A stretch of DNA of 64,000 nt, from positions 27,872,150 through 27,936,149 of the forward strand of contig NC_134026.1 in the NCBI RefSeq assembly GCF_964204645.1, read 5' to 3'. Positions within the stretch are counted from its first letter, which is position 1; every line of letters begins with the position of its first letter. Below are positions 43,697 through 56,487 of this stretch, piece after piece. Below the pieces are notes generated by a model. It worked only from the letters and a program-made list of their open reading frames with translations, was not told where the DNA came from and did no database searches. The position numbers and the translations under genes are program-made. This DNA is from Tubulanus polymorphus. Taxonomy: Eukaryota; Animalia; Nemertea.

Positions 43697-43878
43697 TTTG
43701 AATAATTTTCCAGTGAACAGATGAACAATAAAAGAGTGATTTAGTGATGGAAAATCTGAAAACTCGCTTTAAACTCAATTACTTCCGGGTCCACATTCTG
43801 AATGCTAAACCTCGGACACGGACTATCAAATATGGCTGCGCCCATTTATGAATCAAAGAAAATTAATTAATACCAAAA
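43697..43878. promoter_or_regulatory. Compact bidirectional promoter DIMT1/LSM1
   Basis: Only 182 bp separate the divergent ATGs; ETS/GABP-type ACTTCCGG at 43781-43788. Confidence 0.6.
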
Positions 43879-44729
43879 ATGAACTATTTACCTGGAACTG
43901 CTAGCCTAATCCAAGAAATTGATAGTGGGTTTCATGGTTAACTTTACTTCTACGCTTGTTATATGGCTTTATCCCCGTTAATATCGTGAATCAAAGCAAC
44001 GAATAATGAAAGTTGTCATGCTAATTATCGACGAGCACTGAGTGAATCGAATGTAGATTGTTAAGTTCCTAAATTTCTTTTATAGAAAAACAGATGGTTA
44101 TCTTAAGAGATGGCAGAACATTGATTGGATACCTAAGATCAATAGATCAATTTGGTAAATATTGGTTTCTTTTTCATCAAAAAATTGGAAAATGTCCCAA
44201 TAGCCCACAGGACAGGGGCTCGTCACGATAGCTCTGGCTAGGCATTTGTGGCTAGGGGGCCAAAATCAAAGATTTGACCCAGTATCCTAGGTACCACATA
44301 TGTGCAATAGCCTTACTACTAAATTAGTAAAACATTTTATATACTTGCAGCTAATCTAGTGCTTCACCGAACAATTGAGCGGATTCACGTAGGTGATAAA
44401 TATGGGGACATTCCACGTGGAATATTTGTCGTGCGAGGAGAAAATGTAGTGCTATTAGGAGAAATAGTAAGTTGGTCCATGAGTGAAAACAATTATACTT
44501 TATTAGAATAATTTGGTTTTCCAAAACCTAATTAAATCTTTATTGGTGTTAGGATATTGAAAATGAGGATAAATTGCCACTAACTGAGGTAAGCATTGAT
44601 GACATATTAGGACTTCAACAAGCAGAACAAGAATCTAAAAGATTAGATGAAGAACGCAAGAAAAGAGCAATGACAGAAAGAGGTTTAACATATCATCAAG
44701 ATTTATTACAGGAGGATCTTCTCGCATGA
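43879..44729 (+). CDS. LSM1: Sm-like protein LSm1 (4 exons)
   Basis: [10 protein letters not shown]...[17 protein letters not shown]|[39 protein letters not shown]. Stop TGA at 44729. Absent from the ORF track because the exons are short. Confidence 0.97.
44206..44297 (+). mobile_element. Solo terminal fragment of the foldback element family found at 57842-58997 (LSM1 intron 2)
   Basis: acaggggctcgtcacgatagct...ccaaaatcaaagatttgacccagtatcctaggtaccac is nearly identical to 57843-57908, apart from a short internal insert. Confidence 0.85.
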
Positions 44730-46227
44730 GTATAGATGATATTGTTAAAATGATAAGATATTATGAATCTATTTTGTAGAATCAGTACAATATTGTAAAA
44801 AGAAACATGTGCTTGCTTGAGTTTTGATTGTCATTCTTTATTTTTGTTTGTTAAAATGTTGTTTTCTCATTTTTTGTACTGTCCTAGTTCAGGGTGACAG
44901 CTCTCGACTCTGCTTCAATCACTGCGCATTCTTGATTTATGGATATTATTATTGTGCACGAGATACTTGTGAAGTTCAGGGGAGTAAATAAATCGTAGTA
45001 AAGATCTATTGAAAAACACGCTTGTGTTCACTTCTTTTAAATTTTTTCGTATTTTTGGCTGGGCTCACTTGCCAGCGTCTGAATGGCTAATATGTTTTTA
45101 TCTCACTTTCGTTGACCAAAGGGTCTAAAACGTGCGGGATACGGCCCCGTTTGCTGATCTATAGACCAATGGATTATGAAATTTTAATTAAGAAAATCGA
45201 GTGTTTCGAGGACCGCGTGATTTTAGATCTGGCTCGGTGACCACGCTGTACCGGTATCGGTCTGGTTCGACTCCCATTCCCTCCGCTATCGGGTTGGTGC
45301 GGCGGCCAGCGCGCGCGGTGCCTTTATAACAAGTTACAAACTAGCAACTGCTTCCATCAAAATATTCAAAATAGCTAATCTTTTACCGGGAATTTTATTC
45401 TAGATATTTTCTGGATGACTTAGCTTGGAATTCTAGTTGTAATTTAGAACCGGTAGATTCGCAACGCGCGCGGCGGGGCGTGTGCGGAGTCAGAACCAGC
45501 ACTGGCACGCGAGGGAGTTCATTTCCGTGTTATTTTTCCATTGTCTCTGAATCGTTCTTTGTCAGCTGTCAGTGAGGAAGTGGTTGCTGTGGAAAGTATG
45601 TTTTTTTGACCTCCCAGACTCACTCATTGCCTGTTATACGTATGGCATTTGTATTTAGATTGATTTGTGAAGGTATGTCGATATAATTAATTGATGGTTA
45701 TTGTCTACAGAGGCCACAGACAGGCGGAGCAGCGATCTGTTGTTTAGTTTTGATGATTCAGCCATCTTCCACCACCACTGTCTCTTCTCATTTCATTCTC
45801 TTTTGAAATAGATCATTGAAGATGTATTGAATTACAAGATCATCATATCCAAGGAATGATTGTATGCAGGTATGTACTACATGGCTAACCAGGTCACAAA
45901 TTGCTAAAATCGTCACAAATACTGGAAATATAGTATGCAATTAAACAATCATTTTGTACTCGAGCGAGGGGGAGGCCTTACAACAAATACCACAGGTACT
46001 CATCAGACCCCAGCTATATGAGTCTTATCTTATCCATTTTTTTTTCATTAATAGAGCATCATCTTCTTACAGATACCTTGCTGCAGTGGATTTCAAGCGA
46101 GTTTGGATCCAGTAAACTGTAGATGTTAATAGAGCTCATTTAGGTAGTTTGGAGAGCTGCAGCAGTGTGTGTGTGTGCCGACTGATTGTACATGATTAAT
46201 CCTGAAAGCTGTTGATTAATCGTATTT

Positions 46228-48306
<2,079 letters not shown>

Positions 48307-49015
48307 ATTTGCTATGTGAAAGCAACCTAAATTTTCATGCATCTCAGTGTCTGAATATGCATTATATCCTACTTAGCTCTCATGTGTCACAAACAGATCA
48401 CTATCGTTTAAATCATACTTAAGTGTTATATATGGAACAAATCAAATAATTGTTATTTCTGTTGTGAAAAGACGTGATTATCATTAATTTGTAATTATAC
48501 CTACAAAAATGTTTCATGAATGATTCCATGCCAGTCTTCAAATTCACAGAGTGCGAAAAGTTGACATTGTTAGTACTGAAGTGTATGCCCTGTTGTTTCA
48601 TTGGTTTTCATTACTCAGAAGAAACATTACTTTGTTATTCTTGTCTATGATATTCAAGGCTGTTTTAACTGCGTCATTCATGGGGTTTTCATTTACAGCA
48701 AAATGATTGTTGAATTATTGATAATGTTCGGTGTCTGAAGATTTGAAAGTCATCTGTGCTACATAATAGTTTTTTGGGGCCCAGCAATCTTGGAATGTCT
48801 TAAGTAGCCTAGTATACCTATTGAGAAGGTAGTTCGTCCAGATGGTGATCTAATATGACAATATGGAGTATGTATGATCAATATTTCTGGTTACAGCCAA
48901 AACGTTACGATCTCTACTAGAAGTGAAATGTGGTATGTGCATGAAGTAACTAATTGTGGCTGTTCACACTATGATTTATGCTATTAAACTTCAATACTTG
49001 ATTAAAGGTACACTA

Positions 49016-49268
49016 CAGGGTCCGATCTAATCACTTGTCCACAAGGGACAAGTATATTCTCATCAGGGCAATTAGGTTATTATTATCACTTGCCTTAGGG
49101 CTAGTGCAATTTTATATCACAAAGCTTTTTTCCCACTCGATACATTGGATGATAGTGCCACCAATCGAACTGCCTGTGTAGGGCAAGTAGCTTTTGGAGG
49201 GGGCAAGCGAAATTGCAGATATGCTTGCCCCCCGGGCAAGTGGCTTTCATCCCTTAGATCGGACCCTG
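49016..49268. mobile_element. MITE with perfect 15-bp TIR and 5-bp TSD (hAT5-like)
   Basis: CAGGGTCCGATCTAA / TTAGATCGGACCCTG, with CACTA at 49011-49015 and 49269-49273. Confidence 0.85.
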
Positions 49269-49935
49269 CACTACCTGCTAAACAAGCACAGTACATCCAA
49301 AGAAGTTATGTATGCCATACGCATAATTATTAGTGCTGTCAATTATGACATGATGAACTGTAAAATTATCAAGATAAAGGTGCATACTGAAATGTACGTG
49401 TGTCGAAAGTGTCATGAAAATATTTTTCTATGAAAAAAAAATCAGTGAATATTTATCAACTTGATGTGTGTTTTTATAACTAATGTAAAAAGATGTAAAT
49501 AGCGACACTTTGTGTATGTATATATTCATTTAATTTATTGTAATAAGTGTTAATACAGTATTACGAATAATGGGATATTATGAATAGGTATGTGTGAATG
49601 TATGTACTGTAATATTGTTTTGTTATAGTAGCTTGCTCCCTTGGGTCTCATTTTATTTATTTGTATCTTATGCTATTTAGCCATTTTAAATTCTCGGTGT
49701 ATTTACCCAATTTATTGGTTGTGGTTATCAATACGTCGTAGGATAGTGTTATTTTGAGATGAGTACACCATCTCATGTATGATTACGTTTCAATCCATTA
49801 GTGTAATCGGTTTCCTTTTCAAATGAAATATCTCCCATGTCTCGGCCATCTAATGATTTGTCCTCCTTAACGAAAATCAAATATATATATATTTTACATA
49901 TATTGTTTAAGATTCTGCAATCATATGGCTTCAAG

Positions 49936-49967
49936 CATGGACTCTAAAATTCGTTTTAGACTCCATG
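49936..49967. mobile_element. 32-bp palindromic mini-element
   Basis: CATGGACTCTAAAA-TTCG-TTTTAGACTCCATG flanked by CTTCAAG / CTTCAAC. Confidence 0.55.
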
Positions 49968-50975
49968 CTTCAACAAATTTAGCATTAATTCATTCATTGA
50001 ATGATTATTGAATTACCGATCAATGCTCTAATCCTAGATAGTAACATGTGCTTATATGATGCACGTGTCATCTATAATAATGTAGTCATCCAGTAACAGT
50101 TCAATTCATGATACAGAATCTACAGGTCGGAGCAGTCTTCATTTATTAATGAATGCGTCATTGTTTGTTAGTTTACTCATTGTGCTTGTTGTATGTGTAT
50201 GTTTTCTACTTTTTTACTCATATAAAACTGACTCAGGACATCTGCATCTCGGTAGCAGGTGAATCTGGCATCAATTCTGGTGAAGCCAGTTGTTCCTTCT
50301 GCTTCTGTCATTCTTCGTGTGAATAAATGTTGTGAATAAACCCATCCAGGACTGGATCCTGGTAGAAATAATTTCTGAAAACTTGTTTCTCATGATATAT
50401 AATAAATAGTAAAGCTACCTCAGTAAACAAGAATGTAATCCACAGTTTAGGGATAATGAAAGATCAAGCAATGACATACGGTACCTGTTTCTGTTTTATT
50501 TTGGTCTTGCAGTCAAACATGTTATTTGGAATCAAGTCTTGTAAAATTTATATTATTACATGTCATATAAACTGATGCAATGAATTTATCGTCAGTAAGT
50601 AAGTACAAATCACTGCGTAGTTAGTTTGAACACATTCTCATTATGTAAGGTAACATGTTGTATGAATATGGTTGTGTATTGTCTTCCACATACTTCATTT
50701 TTATTTCCACAGCTGTAACAGAAGGGCCTATAGAAGGGTTCGATTGAAATAGGTTCCTCAAAAATTTCTATCCTGCACATTGGTTATTACATGTAATCGA
50801 TCAATGTGATAATCAAATTTCATAAAATCCTTTGAAAATGTTATTGAGTTTTAAGTGATGCACAGAATGTCTTCATTGTTGTATTTTTAGTTATTTTAAT
50901 TATTGTGATAATGCGACAGAATTCTTAAGTACGGTACTTAAAAATTAACCATCCAATTTGAATTGTGTTGGACTT

Positions 50976-50979
<4 letters not shown>

Positions 50980-51039
<60 letters not shown>
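50980..51039. repeat. (TA)30 microsatellite
   Basis: Read directly from the sequence. Confidence 0.97.
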
Positions 51040-51043
<4 letters not shown>

Positions 51044-52229
51044 CCAAAAAATGATGTTTAACTGTGTCTTCCAATTGTCAAAAAACCTCTAGAAAATGAA
51101 AAATGGCTGAATTTCAAAATATCAAATCAGTACAGTTAAAATGATTTGAGGGACCAACAGAGCATTTCATGGTGTTATGGTATGTTTGATGAATTGTTAT
51201 CGCTGAAAATGCTTGGACTTTAAAAGCTTAATCTTGAGAGAATCTTGTCCAGTTTTCACAATCCATGTGTAATTTTTGTGAAATGAATTTATTCGTAGCT
51301 TTACTTGTAACAAACTAAAAATGCATTTACTGGATCTCGAATACATAGACCACAATTATGTAGTATATAGGGTACTCTGCTAAACATTATCAATGATAGT
51401 GTTCGAAACGCTTTTTCAATTTCTTGAATGTTCAAAAAGATATACCTGTAAATTAAACATTAATTGACTTGCAATGCAATGTTTACTGAAAACCTAAAAG
51501 CTGTATTAATTTTACATTATACGCTTGTATTTAATGCCTCCAAATACTTTCAATATCCTCCTGTATGCAATATAACAAATGCATGATGTGGAGCCCTTGA
51601 GTATACGTGTTCCATGTCGGGGACCAAGCTGGCTCAAACCTTTCCTTGATATTAGATTCAAAATAAGGTAGTTTAATAATCAACATACATGTATAGAAAC
51701 GATTTCTATTTTAGCTTAATTTTGTTTTTAATATGATTTGATTTTTAGTGTGAATTTATTTCTGTAGAGAAATTTGTGAAGTTGGTGAGAAGAGGGGTGA
51801 TGAAAATAAAATGATAGCTAGTCAATGTTTACTGATATATGTTTTGTTATTCATCAAGTCGTCTCGTCTCATTTGAATCATTGGATCCTCTCGTATGCTT
51901 CTGACACTGATGGCATAAAACTGCGTGGAATAAGAGAGCCGCCCGTCCGCCTTGGTTTTTAATAAATAGACCATTGGGACTCTGAACACAAAAGGAAAGA
52001 TTTGTAGGGCGCTAGACTGGTTACCGGAATACAACAGCGGCAACCAGTCTAATTCTGCGCCATCTCCGCGTAACATTCGCGCTAAAAGAGACCGCAAACC
52101 AGTCTAATCCCCGCGGTACTTCACTCCCAAGGTCGCCGAGCTTGAGATATTTTTATTTTTTTAGATTTATGGTTTTTTTTGGAAAACAGGACCTGTTGCT
52201 TTTGAGAGTGAAATGACAACCACGCCAAG

Positions 52230-53570
52230 ATGAATTTTATCAGCATATTATTCAGTGTTTTTAGCATTGGCATTGGACTCGGTGGATTGTTTCAGATCGT
52301 GCAGCCTAGAACTCCTCAGATCTTTCAAGACTTGTTTTTGTATGGGAAAATCAAGGACAAGGCCAAGGGACGAAATGGAAACCGAGAAACATTTATCAAA
52401 ATAATAGAAGTTCCCAAAAGGTTGGGCTTCGATTTAATAATAGTTTCATTTCTAATTACCCAGTAATAATAAACTTGATAATGAGTCTGATTTAAATTTT
52501 GATTTTCAGATGGTTTTTACACATGTATATAGCTGGTGTTGTTGTTAATGGAGTCCTTTTATCGGCATTGATTTCAACGTTTGTTGGTTACCCAATATTT
52601 GACTGGCTTCAGATCCTACCTCGGAAAAGAATTATCAGTTTAGGTAAGGCCTCTTTGATTGTGTACAGAAACAATGGATAGAAAATATCTAACAAATTAT
52701 GAAATATCTCATGTTTATTCATTTTACCAGTAATAATAAAGTTCTTAATTTTCTTCATCATTTCAGATTATACAACTGCACTTTTAATGCTGATTTGTAT
52801 ATTTATTCAAGTATCAAGAAGAACAATTGAATGTCTATTTCTACATGTCTTTTCAAAATCTGGAACGATGAATGTCATCCACTATTTGTTGGGAATTACA
52901 TTGTATACCTTGCTTGGAGTTTCAGTTCTGGTTGAAACTCCTGTACCTAAAGCTTTTCCTGGTATAAACCTAATGCAAATACTCTTTCCGTCAAACTCTT
53001 TTTAATTCCATTCGAAAGGCTTTATAGTGGACATCTTCTTTATCTGCAGAGTTCAGAATCAACATTTATCACGTAGTTGGAGTGTCCATGTTCCTGTGGT
53101 CTTCCTGGCAGCACTACAGTGCTCACAGCATTCTTGCCAGTCTTCGTATAAATCCAAAAGGTATTCTATTTTATTCAACAGTATTGCACAATAAATTCCT
53201 AATAGATATAAAACTGGTATATTTTGTCCTATTTGTATACTGCCCCTACATTTCTCCTTCATTCAAGTAACTAAAATAACATTTCAATTTATACATTTCT
53301 TGATTTGCAGGCAAAATTTTAACTGAAAAACATTTGATGCCTAGAGGAGGTTGGTTTGACAGAGTTTCATGTCCACACTATCTAATGGAGATTTTGACAT
53401 ATATCAGTTTTGGTGTAATCCAGTCATTTGCTAACCACACTTTCTGTTCTATTATTTTATTCGTCGTAGTAAATCAAGTTGTTGCTTCTTATATCACACA
53501 TATGTGGTATCTGAAAACATTCCCTGGTTATCCTAAACAACGGAAAGCTGTATTTCCTTTAATATTGTAA
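52230..53570 (+). CDS. SRD5A3: Polyprenal/polyprenol reductase (steroid 5-alpha-reductase 3), 5 exons
   Basis: DLFLYGK, VPKR|WFLHMY, RRTIECLF, AHSILASLR, PRGGWFDRVSCPHYLMEI and THMWYLKTFPGYPKQRKAVFP. Confidence 0.95.
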
Positions 53571-53988
53571 TCAATGATGTATTAATATATTTACGTACGG
53601 TAATTCAAATGTCATCATAACTGATATAAACATTTCCTAGACTGATAATGGAAGTTGTATTTTCCTGCAAATGAATTTATACATTTACAATGAATAACGA
53701 ATTGAATAAATATTTTGTGGAAATAAAATAAAATTGGATCATTTATCTATTCATTCTCTTTCTGGATTTATTCATGTTCATTGAGAAAATATATTTCATG
53801 CAATGCGCACCAGTTTTAGATTAATCGGGACTCGAACCATACAATCTCTTCTATAAGTTTAAACTAGGTTAGACAAATGAAAGTCCAAGGTCGACGAGCC
53901 AACTTTGACAGACGCTCCACTCTCCGCTCTCTCCACATCCAAGCGGTTTGTTTTGACAGTGGCCGGCTGGTTCGTGAAAGTATTAAAA

Positions 53989-56195
53989 ATGAGTATTGCA
54001 GTGAAATCTGTGACCATTGCTAATGGTGTCAATATGCCTGTCCTCGGGCTCGGTACTTGGAAGGTGAGTCATCCGAATTATTATTCAGCCGATACTAAAT
54101 TTCGGCCCTCCCTCTCAAGGAGTTGATATTTTGCCGATGCGGCATTATTTGTGTAAACGCAATTTTGCCAATTGCTACATATAATCAGATAAACTAATAG
54201 AAATAACAATTAAATCATTTCATTAGGTTTAGGTTTCGGGTTTCGATGGTATCCAGGGGGTATCTGATCCGTTTTCATTTGAACTTAACCTGTCATGTTT
54301 AGTTTTAAAGGGTGGTGGGAGTGAACCACCTCCCTGGTTTCACGATGAAATATTTTCACATTGGTATAAGCCCATCCTAAAAAGCTTACCACATTCGATA
54401 ACTAACTAATTTGAACAATGTCTATTGTCCACCACATCAGTCATAAAATGGAACAATTTTCTAATCATGCAGTCAAATGCTGGAGAATGTGAACAAGCAG
54501 TAAAGGATGCAATAGATTGTGGATATCGTCATATAGATACAGCAGTTGCTTATCTGAATGAAAAGGAAGTTGGATGTGCAATATCGGCTAAGATCAAAGA
54601 TGGCACTGTTAAAAGAGAAGATCTTTTTATCACGACCAAGGTAGTTTAATTAAGTTCAATCATAAAAATACAATACTATTGAATAGAATGGACTTTGCTA
54701 TTGAACTTATTAAAAACAGGTTATCAGATCGAGTGAGATCTGAACTATGGCTTCTTGCAACATACCACTTGACATTATGATGACATATGTTACAAGTATA
54801 TTATAATGACATATGTTGCCTTGAACTAACTGCAAATTATTGACTTATGCCTATTTGATTCCCATTCATGCAGGCATTATCCTGTCAAAGAAAATGATGT
54901 TCACTAGCCAAATTCAGCATCTTACAGTTTTAACAATCTATACATGTGTTGATGATTAATTTTTAAGCTATGGAATACATTTCACCGCAAAGATTTGGTG
55001 ATTCCCTCTATAAAAGAATCATTGAAAGACTTACAACTTGAATATCTGGATCTTTTTTTGATACATTGGCCTATGGCATATAAAGTAAGTTGTTAATGAC
55101 TTAGTTTTGAGTCTATTATTCAACAACCTGTTCTGATTTCTACAGTATTCATGAACATATCTTTTTTCTAAGGAAGGAGAAGAATTATTTCCGAAAGACA
55201 AAGATGGTAATTTCATATTTTCAGATTCACCATTTATTGATACATGGAAGGTAAGAAAATGAGCTTGGATTTGAAGAAACCGAGCGATAATATGTGTATT
55301 GAAAATGTATTGTTTAGAAAACCAACCATTGCATTTTAAGGAAATGGAGAAAGCTGTCAATCAGGGTTTGGTTAAGGCGATTGGATTGTCGAATTTTAAT
55401 AGTAAACAGGTGCAAATGATCATTGATGAGGGAACTATAAAACCAGCTAACATCCAGGTAATAGAATTCACATTGAATTTATCATGATGAAAAGTGATAC
55501 ATTATCCTTAAGATTGCTTTTAAAAAGATATTGTCTTATCTTAGGTGGAATGTCATCCGTACTTTAACAATTCAAAACTGTTGAATTTCTGCAGAGAAAG
55601 AAATATTTCATTTACTGCTTACAGTCCTTTTGGTGCCCCTCAAAGAGGCTGGTAAGTATAGAGTTACAGTGAATCCTTCTGAACAAAAATCCTCATTAGT
55701 CACTAATTTCTTGCCATTTCTAGGCAAAAGGATGATGAACCATTGGTAATTGCTGATGAAAGATTGAAACCAATAGCTGAAAAACATGGGAAAACTCCAG
55801 CTCAGGTATGAAATACCCCGGTAGATACTAGAATCTAAAAAGCGATTTACTGCAAAAATGATTGTAAATGCAGATTCATACATGCAAATTTTGAATTCAT
55901 TCAGGTTGTTCTACGTTACATTATTCAAAGGGGAGCAATTGTGATTCCTAAAAGTGTAACACGTAGCCGCATTGAACAAAATATTAATGTATTTGACTTT
56001 GAATTGTCTGAAGACGAGATGAAAGTGATCGGATCTTTTGAGCAGAAGAGAAGAATTGCCTTAAATTGGTAAGATTGAATGACTGTTAGTTCGACTTTGT
56101 AATATCTCATGCTGTTTGTGTAAAAAAAAACTTCTGTACTATTCTATAGGGGACCAGACAAGCATAGAGACTTTCCATTCCATGAAGAATTTTAA
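53989..56195 (+). CDS. Aldo-keto reductase family 1 (AKR1A/1B-like), multi-exon
   Basis: [27 protein letters not shown]|[29 protein letters not shown] and C-terminal FPFHEEF*. The catalytic D/Y/K/H residues are intact. Confidence 0.95.
54336..54409 (+). repeat. Interspersed repeat fragment (AKR intron 1) shared with 57620-57708
   Basis: gtttcacgat...atattttcacatt...aaaagcttaccac...taactaacta occurs in the same order at both loci. Confidence 0.65.
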
Positions 56196-56487
56196 ATGCA
56201 GCCATGAGATTTTTGGTGACAACAGGTGGTGGTTAATAAACTTGTCAGTAATAATATATCAATAAGTGTGCTCAATATTGTGTATGATTTTCAATGCAAA
56301 TAAAACCTCATTGCAATAAATTAAGGCTTCCACATTAAGTGTTCAACATCGTGACTGATTTTAAGATATTTATTTAAGAATCGAAAGAACTACCAGCGTT
56401 CTTTTTTTACGCTTACACTTTACATGCAGGAAAATTTCAACAACCTGACCAGCAAAATTGTTGACGCTATATAAACATCGTTGATGA

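Noticed and set aside
53827-53838. Reverse B-box GGTTCGAGTCCC suggesting a tRNA gene
   Set aside because: No A box or cloverleaf at the expected distance.
55503-55512. U12-like branch sequence (TCCTTAAG) in an AKR intron
   Set aside because: The donor is gtaata (U2-type) and the motif is too far from the acceptor.
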